Both the position numbers and the translations under genes were made by a program. From positions 224,740 to 288,739 of the forward strand of contig NW_005434606.1 in NCBI RefSeq assembly GCF_000315625.1: a DNA stretch of 64,000 bases. The letters are read 5' to 3'. The notes under the pieces were generated by a model. It saw only the letters and a program-made list of their open reading frames with translations, made no database searches and was not told the DNA's origin. This document shows, one piece after another, positions 51,558 to 64,000 of this stretch; the first letter of the stretch is position 1; the number at the start of each line of letters is the position of its first letter. Source of the stretch: Guillardia theta CCMP2712. Lineage: Eukaryota > Protista > Cryptophyta.

Positions 51558-53232
51558 TGTCTTGCTCTCCTTTTCTGAGCCTTCACAGACCTGCCTGGGG
51601 AAGCAACGCGTGCGGAAGTGAAGAATTCTTCAGCAAGGTGAGGGGGAGGAGAGACATGGAAAGGAGAGAAAGCGCAAGGAAATGGGGGGAAGAGGGAGCA
51701 GGGAGCAGGGAGCAGGGAGCAGGGAGCAGGGAGCAGGGAGCAGGGAGCAGGGAGCAGGGAGCAGGGGGAGCGATGGTAAGGCTAAAAGCTATTTCAGGTC
51801 ATCCGCTCCTATGAGCAGAGAGAGGCAGAAATGCTGGAAGAGAACAAGAGCCTTCGGCAGGCCATGGCTGGTGGGAAAGTCCCCTATCCTCTTTCCCTTT
51901 GCTTCATCTGCATGCTCCTGTACCCTTCTCTGCTCAACTTCTCGCCAGTCCTCTCCAAGGAGCTCATGGAGACTCTCAACCATACGGGGACTCTCAGGAA
52001 CAGCGGCAAGTCAAGGACGGGGGATGAAGGCGATGAAGTTGAGCCGAAGTTCGAGATGCCCTTCCAGGTATATGGGTCCCATCACTTTCTTACACGCCTC
52101 CTACACGCCTGTTCTCGGTGACGCGTTTCTTATTTCTTCTTCCTTTCTTTGTAGAATTGTTTGCGTGCTTCTGCTGTGGCTGCTGCATTCCAACCACCTC
52201 ACTTTCCTCTTTGTTTCTTATATCCTGGCACCTTTATCGTCTTGGTGCCCTTTCTTTCTCTGACAGCAAGTCAGGCTGTCTCAGCAGAAATTCAATCTTC
52301 TCTCCGTGATAGGATGGCAAGTCTTCGATTGAGACTCAAGGTCCTTCCATGCTCTTCTCCATCTCCGTGCCTCTCCTTCCCTTCCTGCCCCCCTTCCTCT
52401 CTGCCTCTCCGCCTTCCCCCGTTTCCTTCTCCTCCTTTCCTTCATATCTTAATAACTCCTCCCTCCCCTCCCACTTCTTGATAGTTTCGCAGGAGCTGGA
52501 AGATAAGGAGAACAACATTTCTCTTTCCAACACCTCGCATGCCCATGTTGCGGAGCTTGAGGTTCAATCGTCTTTGCATTTTTCAATTTTCAACTCTTGC
52601 CTGCCTGCCTGCCTGACTGCCTGCCTGCCCCATTTATGTTCCCTCCTTCATTCTCTCCGACATTTCTATTCTTGTTTCAGTCCCCTCCCTACCTTCTCAG
52701 TCCTCTCAATTCCCAGCCTGGCTCTCCCTGACACTCTCATGCAGAATGAGCTGTGCCAGGCGAGGAATGCTCTCGTCGAGCAGGAGGGAATGGTGAAGGT
52801 AACCGAACCTGCCCTCTCTTTCACTATAACCCCCCCCCTCCCACCCCTTGTTCACTTCCTTTGCCTCCTCCAACCCCACTTCTCCTCTTTTCTCCCCTCC
52901 CCTCTCTTCTCCTCTCCATGGTTTCCACTCCTCCTCATTCACTCTCAGGCCTATCTGCTCCACTCTGACCAGAAACTGTGCGGATCCCCTGCGAGGTCAG
53001 TTGGGCGCCAGTCATTCTCAGCGTTGACTCTTCCTCGCAGATGCGGGGGTGGAGCTGAGAAGGCTTCTCCTGTTCCTGCAGCTACTCCCAGCCGAACTCC
53101 CGACATGCTGCGACGGCAGGAGCAGCAGCAGTCAAGGTGAGCTTTTAGCTTTTCGATTCCTGATCATCTCCGAAAATCTCTTGATCCTCCCATGGCAGAT
53201 CAAGTTACTTTCCTTGCACTAGTCAAATCTAG
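49714..53232 (+). CDS. SSX2IP: SSX2IP/ADIP/Msd1-family coiled-coil microtubule-anchoring protein (spliced; ends approximate)
   Basis: Spliced exons read VINDALRTYGLPGPIEL...MANVLYALLQHR...HRDSQLQHAMRKLEQQREKLQERVKQL...RPAW...EEFFSKVIRSYEQREAEMLEENKSLRQAM...KFEMPF, matching the ADIP family pattern as I recall it. Confidence 0.75.
51689..51765 (+). repeat. (GGGAGCA)n heptamer repeat, intronic
   Basis: Directly visible. Confidence 0.9.
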
Positions 53233-53512
53233 CTTCATCCCCGTCGAGCATTGCTTTGCTACCCCCCCCCTTATCCCTCCTTCTATTCCCGCTTCCTCAC
53301 TCCTCCTGCTTGAATCTTTCCCTTTCACGTCGCTTGTTGATTGCTGCCTCCTCGCCGCTCCCCTCCCATTCCTCCCCTACCCCAACCCTCCTCCCCGCCC
53401 CACCTCCTCTTTCAGCAGCTTCCCAATACTGTTCATCGCCCTTTCCCCCTCACCATCTCACGCTCATCCACATGAAAGAATACATGAAACAATAAAGACT
53501 TGCCCTTGGCAT

Positions 53513-56500
53513 CTACTCCGCAGCCCGCATCGAGCTCATGTGCCTCACTAGCAGCATCCCCTTCGCTCTCGACAAGTCTCTATTCACTAGCTCCAGCACC
53601 GACGGCTTCCCCTGCCTGCCCACCCCGCTGCCATTCTGCATCGAAATGTCCCCGCGCTTTCGCGTCCTGTATGAGGGAGGAAAGAAGTTCCTGCAGGAGC
53701 AAACATACGTCATAATCCGTCTCCTCCCACATTCCTTTCTCACCTCAGATGCTCCACCCGTTTGTTCCCAATCAGACCAGCTTCCCGCACCTTGATAACG
53801 CTGTCACTCACCGCAACGACAGCAAGGGTAAGGCAAAACTTACCAGCCCGCGATGAAGCTGACCGAGGTTACGAAAGTTTGCGAAGTTGCCGTCAATCAT
53901 CCCCTCTCGATCCCTCACGTTGAAGTCATCGAGATTCGACCGCATGTTCCATGCCATCTCCCCCCAGTCCTTCACTGCCCCCTGTGCTGCCCCATGATTT
54001 CCTCCTGCCTGCCCCTTCCCTTCCCCGCTCGACGACGAGCCGTCGCTAGTCTTGCGAAGACCAGGGGCACGTGCGAGGACGCACGCGTTGCCGAGGACGG
54101 GGAAGTGCTTCTTGGAGGCGTTCGCCTGCGCTCCTTGACCTTGTTCGAACGACAAGTTCTTCACAGCACCAGCGTCAGCACCCGACAAGCGCAGAGGAGC
54201 GCGCAGACCTTGGTGAAGCAGACGGGAGGAGCGCGAGAGGACTGGGAGGACTCGTGAGCGGCTCCACTGTCACCAGCGTCACGCAGGCCGGCACAACGAG
54301 CAGGTTCAGGTTACCGTTCCGAGCTACGAGCCTTGCTGGCACTTCCCTCATCGAACATGCTGGGCGATTCAGGGCTGATGCCAACGGAGTTTAGCATCTC
54401 CAAGTTGAGCGACTCTTCCAGCTCAATCTGTAGAAACCGGTGAGAGGAGGACGAGGCTGAGACTTTGACGAGCGGGAAGGGTCAGGTGCCAACGAACAGA
54501 GAGGTAGAGAGAGGGCAGGAAAAGTAAGGAGAAAGGGAGATCAAGTCAAGTACGAGAGGGAAAGGACAGGAAGGGAAGGTAGTGCACCAGTGGCCTTGAG
54601 CGTCGAGGGTTGTCGGACAGAGGACGCTGCATTCGAGCGCTGTCCCTCGACTCGTTCTTCTTCCTCAAGGCAGCTGCGACAGCAGCAAGAAGCCCCCCCT
54701 GCGTGCCGCGGGTCAGACTCAGCGGAGGAGTCCACAAATGCTGATCTTGCCTGCCCTGCTCGCAGGACGTCCTTCTGCAGCAAGGGATCCAGGAAAGCTT
54801 CCCGTTGGGCCTGACAAGAAGCTTGAACTCAGTACTTTCCCTTAAGATTCCTCTCGCACAATCATACACACCTTCGCTTTTCGGCTCAGAACAAGCTGCG
54901 CCCTCGCCCCTTTCCCTGCCCCGTCTGCAGCACGCGTCCCTGCCCTCGAGCTGAGAGCCGGAGGATCCTTCCTGTTACTGTTCGACTTCGCCTTCCCTGC
55001 GAGACCCTCTTGGCTGTTGGGTTTCTTCGAGGCATCCCCTTCCTTCCCGGCGTCTACCGCCCCTTTCTCCGATCCATAGAAACTGTTCTTGTACGCGAGC
55101 TCCGCCGCAGACAGGCAGTTGTTGAAGAGTCTGCTCAGCATCTGGTCGTCACATGGGTGGATACACTCGAAGGAGTTCTTGTAGTGCATCTCTTGCGCTA
55201 TCCTCAGGTTCACCAGGTTCTCCCTCTGCTTCTTGTAGTTCTCGTCATTCTGATACTTCTGACCAGGAGCTATCAGCGACGACAGCTCCTTCAACAACCT
55301 GATCTCTTGCACTGTCGGAGCGACCATCATGAAGGTGTCTCGGATCACCGTCGACTTGACGTCTCGATCCAGCGGCGAGTCTGTCTCGAACGAGGGAAGC
55401 TCGTTCACCTCGATCAGCCATGGCTTCGTGCTGGAGTCAAGCATGACATCGAACCCAAGGACTGTGAAACAGGAGAAGCCAACCGAGTCCCGACTTTCTG
55501 GCACAGAGATGCGATAAGAGTGCTGGTTCGCTGGCAAGGCTGCCAAGATGGTCTTAACGACCATGCTACAAATGTTCGACCAGACTTCTTGGCTGCTGTA
55601 TCCATTCTCATCCAGCCACTTGCGAATGCTCCCCAAACTTCGCTTGCTGCTCGCATCACCGTCTCCCTGGCGGCCTTCCTCATCAAGTCCGTTCGTAGGA
55701 GCCTCGAACTCATCGTTGTGCTTGTTGATGGCATAGTTTGTCAAGTGCATGAACTGCGCGTTCGCGTTCTTGGAGGACACGCTCTCGTACTCTTGCGTAC
55801 AAAACCTTGCAAGCCCATCTCTGCACACATATACTCGCAGCGGGGTGACCGAGGTAACTAGGACGTAGATCCGCAGGTCGAACTTGAGACCGTCTATGAG
55901 CAAGGGGTTGTTCAAGTACTTCTGTACGACAAACTTGCCCTCTTTCGGGATCTCGTTAGCTCTTCTGGTGATCAGGATGCCATTCCCCTGGCTGCCCGTG
56001 TTGGGCTTGACGATGAAGGTTCGGTTCTTCTTTTCAGCTATCAGCCTCAGCACAGTGTGATACTCCTCGGGAAGAGTCCATGTCTCCGGATAGAAATCAT
56101 ACTCTGCCGGCAGAACCTTCTTCATGCGGTTCAAGTTCACAGCCAGCCTGCACTTGAACGCGATCTCGCACAGGGAAGGGAAGTGGTTGATCCTTTGCGA
56201 TCTTCCCATCTTCATGTCCTTGATGGTAGATCCCAGCAGGTATCTGTCCGTCCACTTGATCGTCCACTTCTCCTCGTTGCTAGTAACCCTCCAACCCAGG
56301 TCCTGGCAGACATCGCGGATCACGGAGTAATGGCAGCCAGTTAGGTTCACGACCGCCCTTGCTTTTTTCAGCCTCTTTCGAACGGCCTTCTCCAAGACGT
56401 GTGCAGACTTCTGTGTCTCCTGCTCTACGGTGCTCGTTGCCGATATGCTAGCGTCAGAGTCGCTGATTCTATCCATCGACATCGGCAACACTTCGTCGAG

Positions 56501-56647
56501 CTCGTTGTCAGAAATGTTCTCGTCTGCGCATGCCGACATGTCATCAGAAGCGTCATCACAGTCACTCTCTCGTTCCAAGTCTCGTGCTCTGGAAGAAGGT
56601 CCACTTATGTCATCCTCCAATCTTTCCCCTTCCATTTCATGCGTCAT
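53513..56647 (-). CDS. Tubulin polyglutamylase, TTLL6/7/13-like (large first exon to ~54872, small 3' exons; stop uncertain)
   Basis: QRINHFP, YDFYPETWTLP, FIVKPNTGSQGNGI, KFDLRIYVLVTS, DGLARFCT, HLTNYAINK, LGFDVMLD, PWLIEVNELPSF. Confidence 0.93.
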
Positions 56648-57019
56648 GCTTGAAGGAACAATCCTTGAAGCTCAGTCGCTAACGGGCCTTGTCAGGATCA
56701 GAGTGACATCTATTCACTCTGTGGCTGCCTGCGCCTTACTATTCAGGATTCTATGCGAGCCAAGTACTTAAGGGAGCGAAGCAGAGCGTCCCTGCCGTCC
56801 CTTGCAGTGCGGGCTGGGAATTGTTTTGCTCCTTTTCCGCACACGGCAACAAGAGTTGGTTCGAGCAAGGATGCGGAGCTCGCAGGTTGTCCTGTGTCTT
56901 GTTCGCTATCAACCTCTTGTCCTGCAGGGTCAGAGCTCGTGGACCCGTCCCCCTGGCCTTCGCGGATTGCAGCGCTGGTCCAACATGAGCGCCCCCTCTA
57001 CCATGTTCAGTTACTTTGA

Positions 57020-58580
57020 TCGGGAGAGCGGTGGGGTTGGGGTTCTGGATGTATCATTGCAATGGGGGTGGACATTGGGATGGTGGGTAGGGGTACCTTG
57101 ACAAAGGATGTTAGGGTTTTGCACTTGTACCAAACATAGTAAAATGCTCAAGATGGAGGTTATAGTCAAAAGGTAGCTAGAATTTGATGGGTAGGGTGAT
57201 TCCAACCAAGGGTAGCTACAAAGCTTTCTTGGGTAGGGGACAGAGTCACAGGGGGTGGAAGGAGATTTGAAGCTGAATGTTGAATTTTCACTGCTATATT
57301 CCAAATATTTATGGTCAATTTCCAAGCAATTCAGAACACGATTTGTCATTTTTTGACGGGAATGGGAAGTCGTGATAGGGTAGTACCTGAAAGGGGGTTA
57401 CAACAATCAAGGGTGGGTGGTATCGGGGCTCGTAGGGGGTGTTTCGAGGAAAGAGGCAATTGGTTGGGGTAGTCCTACTAGGGGGTAGGGTCCATCAGAT
57501 CCGCCGTCTGGGGGCCAAGGGTAAGGGAATTTGGGGGTGGAGGGGGGAGGGGATTGGGGTGAGTGCGGAGGGGAGAGGGGTAGGCAATCCGCTCTTTAGA
57601 TCACTTAGAAAATGATGACCCCTTGATGGGGGCAAGGGGACCTGGAACGCGCTGCCGCCCCCAGTTGCCCTACCCCCTGGGGAATCAAAGAGATATGCAT
57701 GCCTGTCACCCGGGGACTGGGCAGGGTAAACGGGGGTACTTTGCTGGAGTGATGGGGGTGGTGGTACTACATTTGGCAAAGTAGGGGTAGGGTAAGCAAA
57801 GGAAAGGAGTTCAGCCTTGGTTAGGATGGTATGGTAAATTAATTAGAGGCTCAATCGAGAAACAAGGCAGGCCCCGCACACTGACTCCAAGGGGTCGAGG
57901 ATTGCCTGGAGCAGTGATGACCACGGGTGGGGTGGAAGGATCGCTCCCAGAAACCTACGAAGGATGATGTACGGGTTATTTCGAAGTCAAATTGTGGGGT
58001 GGGGATGAAATGGGTACAAATGACTTTACTTAATGATACTATCTCTCACACCTGGTGTTGCCTTGATAACTAATTTGTACCTACCCACCCCCCTACCTAC
58101 AGATTTCACAACCCCACCCTACAGTCTCCAAAATGAAGCTACCCTTCTTTGTACCCACCCGCCATGGACAGACTTCTTCGGATAGGAACCACCCCCAGAT
58201 GTCCCTACGTCTCTTGCTCCAATTTTCAGTAAGGGTGGTGTGGGGTGGGGCGGTAGACACCGGTTCCACAGGGGTGCTTTGATCTGCCGCCCCGCATTGC
58301 TAGAGAAGGGGGGTCCCCTAGTAGAATAACCAGAGAGAACCGGGGTAGGTGTGATGATGGAGGAGTTGGAGGGTCAATATTGGTGGAGTGGTAATAGTCC
58401 TTCAAACAGGGGTGGATACTGTACTAGAAAAGGGGGGTCATGGAACTGATCGAGGGGATAGGGGTAGGGTACGAAAGGGTACACGCACCGCGATCACGGA
58501 GGAGCAGGTTGAGTTGGCGTATACATTTGAAGGTAAATTTGAATACTTGCTAGACTTCTTCCCAAATGATGGCAAATTTG
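57020..58580. repeat. Large GTAC/G-run-rich intergenic island, possibly decayed transposon DNA
   Basis: ggggta/gggtag/tacccaccc words throughout, lower CpG than genes, only short broken ORFs. Confidence 0.5.
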
Positions 58581-59516
58581 AAATTTGCGTTGGAAAATTT
58601 ATCAAACTATGTTGCAATTTCTCCACTCACTCGCCAGCTTGTGTTGTCAGCAATCAATCCGTCTGGAGGGTCGATTTCGTTGCCTGGCTAAAAATCCAGA
58701 AACATTTTTGAAAAGCCGCATCAGAATCTGCAGGCAAAGATTCAATTATACACAGTCATTTTCAAACGACGAAAGCGCGAGGCGGCGGCGCGGTGAATGG
58801 CGAGAATGTGCACGGAGGAGGCGGATGTAGCTGTCATGATGATGATGAAGCGCAACGAGAGAAGGAAGTAAAAGTGTGTGGAGACATCTATCATGCCAAT
58901 AGCATGGTCAGCGAGGCAATCTATGAAGTAACTGAGGTGTTTACATACGGTTTTGTAGGCAGTGTTATTGGGACGCTTTATCGCTGGATGTGTAAGATTT
59001 AGCTATTGAGGAGTAGAATCTTTCAGGAAAGAGCGGCATTCATGCTCGATTGAACAAAGAAGACCAGGTGCTGTGTTAGTTTATCTTTAGCGTGAAGGTG
59101 TTGGGCTTGATTCCTGTCTCCGAGGACACGATCACAGAAGGCCCTTTCTATCGTGACATCTAGTGATGCTGAAGATGCAACAGTCTAACATAAGGCACAA
59201 TGCCGATGTCGATCTGCAGTAGCATGTAGTTGGTAGGATGAAAGATATATGAAGGAGAATCATGGATTCATGGGATTGAAGTAATTCACAGAGCTGTGCA
59301 TGTCCTAGTTCCTGGCACCTGTTTCCCATACGCTCAGATATCCTTTCTGTCCCTGTTGTGATGTCTATGCAGGGGCTCTGGGTGATTTATATGCCCCTGT
59401 CTCTTTGAATCAGCTACTCGCTGCTGTTTGCTGTGGGCATTGCATTGGAGTTCTCAGGGTTTTCTGGCGAGGGTTGAAACGGCAATTGCAACCATCTGCG
59501 TTTTTCTGTTAGCTAC

Positions 59517-62117
59517 ATGACAATGACTGAGAGCTGGAAACTGGTGCAAACAATCGGCGACAAGCCTGTTGGGAGCTTGACTGATGGTGATCTGCTTTGT
59601 CTGTGGACTTTTGATGTGATGGAATATATGAGCAGGCGACGTTGTATCGGCTGTCGAATTCGACGAGAAAGGTCAATACCTTGCAACCGGGGACAGAGGA
59701 GGTCGAGTGCGAATCTATGAGAAGACTGATGTATCTCAAGCAAGTTCTCCTTCGAGCCTGCGGTAAGTTGAACGCGAAGCATTACGGGAACAACTATATG
59801 ACTTCCTGCTTAGGCGGACGATCACTGGAGCTATATCTTCGCATCATGATAAGGGGCCAGGTAGATGCCCAGTGGATGGGTGGCACTCGTTGTACACTAA
59901 CAAGAGATGAAAAGGTTTCGAGTATAAATTCTGGCATGAATTCCAGAGTCATGAAGCAGAGTTCGACTATCTCAAGGTATGTCAAAAGAGGTTGTTCCGT
60001 GATGGTGATGGAAACCACAGTCGCTGGAAATTGAGGAGAAGATTAACTGCCTACGTTGGTGCAAATCGATGAACAATTCTTTCATGCTGCTCACTACGAA
60101 CGGTATTGTCTTGTACTTGAGCCCGTTTCGTTGCTTACTCCTGGCAGACAAAACGATCAAGTTGTGGAAAGTTCAAGACAAGAAGAAGCAATCAGCAATT
60201 GCAGAGTTCAGGCCAAAGGTGGATGCCTAGTCTGAGAGTTCATGAACTTTCATTTATTTACTGATACCTCGGACAGGTTGCTCCGAAGAATGGTAAAGGG
60301 GTTAGCCAGATCCAGTTTCCGAATCTGCATCCTGGTAAGTCTGTTACGATCATTGGTTAACAGCTGTGTTATTTCTTTGTTCCAGGTGCTCGAGGAATTG
60401 TGTCAACTCCAAAGCGTGTCTTTGCGAACGGACATGCTTACCACATAAACTCGATTTCTCTCAACAGGTTGAAAATTGCCTTGACTGCGTCTGTGGCATG
60501 ATTGTTGCTTGCAATCATCTACAGCGACTGTGAGACATTCATCTCGGCCGACGATCTTCGTATCAACCTCTGGAATCTTGGAATCTCGGACACGAGCTTT
60601 AGTAAGTCTCTTCCCGTGGCTCCCGCAAGCATCTTACCACCTGGACAGACATTGTAGATATCAAACCTGCCAACATGGAAGAGCTCACTGAGGTCATTAC
60701 CGCTGCAAGCTGTCATCCTGAACAGGTTTTGTTCGTCGCCGTCTTGTTACAGTGGGACTTACATGATGCCCAGTGCAACGTCTTCCTGTGGAGTAACAGT
60801 CGCGGAAGGTCAGGCGGCATGAATCGTTCTGAAGATGTGTAGCCTGACATTCAACGAAGCATCAAACTTGCCGATACGCGTGACAGAGCGCTGTGTGACA
60901 CTCACGCAAAAGGTACTTTTGGATATTAATCATGTGACGTGATTGACCTCTGAGGCAGTGTTTGAGGAGGAAGATGATCCTTCTCGGCGATCCTTTTTTT
61001 CAGAAATTATAAGCTCGATAGGTGCTTTCGCTTTGAGTCACTTCACAACAAAGAAATAACCCGCCATGCAGCTGATGTAAAGTTTTCACGTGACGGACGC
61101 CATATTCTCTCGAGGTACTTTTGAAATGCTTTGTATGTAATCATGGGATCATTGTAACCGCGCTGGAAGGGATTATATGTGCTTGAAATTGTGGGATGTC
61201 AATATGGAATCAAGACCGATTCGAACCATTTATGTACATGAGCAGTTAAGAAGCAAGTAAGCGCCTCCCTCAATTGCTCATATCTTCTGACTGGATGCGG
61301 CAGATTGTGTGATTTGTATGAAAACGATGCGATCTTCGATAAATTCCAGTGCTCGTTCTCTGGTGACTCCAAGTTTCTCCTTACTGGTAATTTTGCAGTC
61401 AGAGGTTATTTTGGGGTTGAATCCTGCGATTTATCAAGGTTCCTATCACAACTATCTTCACATCTACGAGAGGATCGGCAAGGGAGACGTTTGCATTGAG
61501 GCAGCGAAGGTACAGCAACAACCTTCACCACCTATGGTGCTGATAAGGTGTATTTATGAAAGAAACCGGTGAGCAAGTCCAGGCTGAACCTGCCAAGGCC
61601 CAAATCGAAGAAACCGTAAGTCGTCCGTGGTTTGTAAACAACTTGTGGTGACATGTGCGACTGACAGAGAAGAAGTTACTGAGATGGATCTTGACAAGAA
61701 GGTGTTGCATTGCGCATGGCATCCGTCAGGTGGATGACATTCTTGTATCGAGCTCATTCACTCACGAGTCCTCAGATCCCTGCGTTGCTGTTGGAGCTCT
61801 GAACACAGTCTACGTGTATCACAACGCGGAGGTTCAAAAGGTAAGCTGGCTGTCACCGAACCGACCAACAACTTCTCGCCCTCTTGCTCCTCTCCCAAGC
61901 CTTGATGACTTACGCTTACCTCTCCGCATGCAACCCTCCCCCTCCCCCCCTTCTTCTCGCCCAAACAAAGTATGCTACCAGTTGGACTTATTCCCATACA
62001 GCAGATGGCAGGAGGGAGCCATTGAATCATGGGGTGATTGATTTGTTTCGACGTGCGTTAAGGAATCCATCGTGTCACCTTCGTTGCTCTTGTTTTTTTG
62101 TTCGTCGTAAGTTTTGA
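59517..62117 (+). CDS. PPP2R2: PP2A regulatory subunit B55 (PR55/CDC55), many ~50-nt introns
   Basis: [128 protein letters not shown]. Confidence 0.96.
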
Positions 62118-62346
62118 AGTCTCACAAGGGGGGTTGGAGGATAAGGGGGCGAGGGGAGAAGCCAGGGGGCTTCTTGAGAGGGGCAGGTCGCTGCCGTTCA
62201 GGGTTGACAGTTGTTTAGCGTCACTCAATGCTACATGCTGCAAGGAAATGTATGAGAATGAAGACAAAATTACCTTCTCGCTCTCGCTCCTGCCGTGTCC
62301 AACACGTTATTCGCATGTCTTGTTCGATAATTTACAAAGAATCTTG

Positions 62347-62812
62347 TCAACTACAGGTGCCGTCACTCTGCATTCTTGATTCTTTCCGATGCTTGATCGG
62401 ATGGAGTGTCATTTTGGGATAGAATTCTCTCTTGATCCTGTCCGACAACACTCGACACTCTTTGAGATGCGCTGACTTCTGTCGCGATGTCAGCAGTGAC
62501 ACGACATCGCCGGTTTCTGCTACTTACTTCTCGTTGCAATTCTCTCACTCCTTGCACCTGAACGCAGCATCACCATCGATCTTTCAGACAGCAAGAACAT
62601 GTGTTTTCAATCTCACCACACTCGCAGCATCTCCGAACAATTTCTAGCCAAATCCTGTCAGTAATTGACATCAATGTAGGCATCTTCGATGCCACACGAA
62701 CGCCTCTTCTACTGACCTGCGATGTCTGGACCAGAGCATGAGCATCGGCTCCTCTCCTCCTCGCAAGCTCTGCCTCCCTCCTCGCCTCCTCCCCTCGCTT
62801 CCTCGCCATCAT
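62347..62812 (-). CDS. Small hypothetical helical protein (~96 aa, 4 predicted exons)
   Basis: Phase-0 GT-AG joins give MMARKRGEEARREAELARRR...QTSQ|DLARNCSEMLR|VQGVRELQRE|KSAHLKECRVLSDRIKREFYPK...*. Confidence 0.4.
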
Positions 62813-62958
62813 GCACGCTTTCCCTCCAGCTTCGGCCATCGATGAGAAAAGGAGGTGATTTGACCGCATATCCCAACCACCCCCGAGTATTCCCAGATGG
62901 AATGGTGTCTATGGGGTGGGTAGTCCCTTGTCAAACATTGAAGAGGCGGAGACGAAAG

Positions 62959-62994
62959 ATGCAGGAAGGAGAAAATGGCGAGTAAGGAGCAGAA

Positions 62995-63038
<44 letters not shown>

Positions 63039-63039
63039 T

Positions 63040-63127
<88 letters not shown>

Positions 63128-64000
63128 GGCAGGGGCAGGGGCACTGATGATCATATACAAGACTATTTTAGACTGGCACTTGTTGTTTCGAGCATGTCGA
63201 GGACCTCTCCTGCTCTCACTCCTGCTCTAGATCAGGCATGTCGTACGCCGAGTCATCCCGGTCGATGGGCAGCCAGGCCTACGCCATGTCCTTTTTCTCC
63301 AAGTCCGAGAACATGGTTTGCAGCATCTGTCAGACTCGAGGACACACAGAGGCCAACGTGAGCGACATGTCACATCACCTCCCATTCTTTCATCCCTCCC
63401 CTCTCACCCTTTCCTTCTTCCCCGTCTCTCCTCTCCTCCTCTGCCCAGTATTCCTCTCTCGTCTACTCCCCTCCCCTCTCCTGTTATGCCCTCCCCTCCC
63501 CTATGTCTGACGCTGTGCAGTGTCGCGTAGCTTGCAAGTTCTGTCACAAGCGGGGCCATCGCTACCAGGAATGCCCATCCAAGTGCGAGGGGAGATGCAG
63601 CATCGTGAGGGATCCGTTCCTGGGCAAGGACGGTGAGGAGGAGGAGGAGGAGAAGGAGGAGATAAAGTGGAGGAGGAAGAGGACACGAGGAAGAGGAAAG
63701 GAGATGGAGCAAGGAGAGACAAGGAAGATGAGGAGCAAGAGAACGAGGAGGGAGGGGAGAAGGATCCTGTTTCACTTGTCTCACTTCTACTCCGAAGCCT
63801 CAAGGTCACTGGGCATCGAGCCGTGGAAGTGCTGCTCCCGCTCGAACCAGTGCTGGCAGAAGTACTGCTGCCTGTGCGCGCGGACCTTCGGCTGGTCCCA
63901 CTACGACCAGTACAAGTACGGCCAACGCCCCTACTCACTCTCCCTCCCCTCCCTTCTCCTTCCTTCTTCTCCCTTTCTTCCTCCCTCCTCCTTCCTCCCT
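62959..64000 (+). CDS. CCHC zinc-knuckle, Cys-rich protein (spliced; runs off the window end)
   Basis: MQEGENGE|SGMSYAES...CSICQTRGHTEAN|CRVACKFCHKRGHRYQEC: two C-x2-C-x4-H-x4-C knuckles, then WKCCSRSNQCWQKYCCLCARTF. Confidence 0.75.
62995..63142 (+). repeat. (GGAGCA)n microsatellite in the first intron of the CCHC gene
   Basis: Directly visible. Confidence 0.95.

Noticed and set aside
53500-53856. Coding overlap between SSX2IP and TTLL 3' ends
   Set aside because: SSX2IP can terminate at 53232 by a simple in-phase splice, so no overlap is required.
58720-59480. Small gene upstream of B55
   Set aside because: Splice-like signals are present but no consistent frame or motif.
62995-63142. 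(GGAGCA)n as telomeric repeat or as RS/PA-repeat protein
   Set aside because: It lies within GT-AG introns at internal loci; ordinary microsatellite.

Overview
Eukaryotic, intron-rich nuclear DNA, not prokaryotic. It is most consistent with a cryptophyte alga such as Guillardia theta (inference from ~45-55 nt GT-AG introns mixed with long microsatellite-filled introns, signal peptide + Phe plastid-type leaders, and a divergent SHAQKYF MYB). Two assembly gaps (24258-24357, 27141-28121). About 17 genes were reconstructed by hand-splicing: two SHAQKYF-class MYB factors, a RAP-domain protein, a FadE-type acyl-CoA dehydrogenase, a Crinkler/RHS-type protein (repeat header + P-loop NTPase + PD-(D/E)xK nuclease), a membrane-anchored GATase-fold-like protein, endonuclease III, a Mib/HERC2-like + TIR-like protein, a PP2A-type catalytic subunit apparently ending in -EYFA, an RRM-PPR protein, UBTD, beta'-COP with an AKAEAEAK repeat tail, SSX2IP/Msd1, a TTLL polyglutamylase, PP2A B55, a CCHC zinc-knuckle protein and a few orphans. 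Most noteworthy are (1) the Crinkler-like nuclease effector inside an accessory block, (2) the TIR-like gene, and (3) recurrent intergenic islands (GC/CpG-rich, GTAC/CTAG-rich or AT-rich) that are not obvious copies of one another but are all mosaics of short perfect hairpins. Exon boundaries and family calls come from reading motifs by eye, with no database search. Spans of spliced genes include introns.
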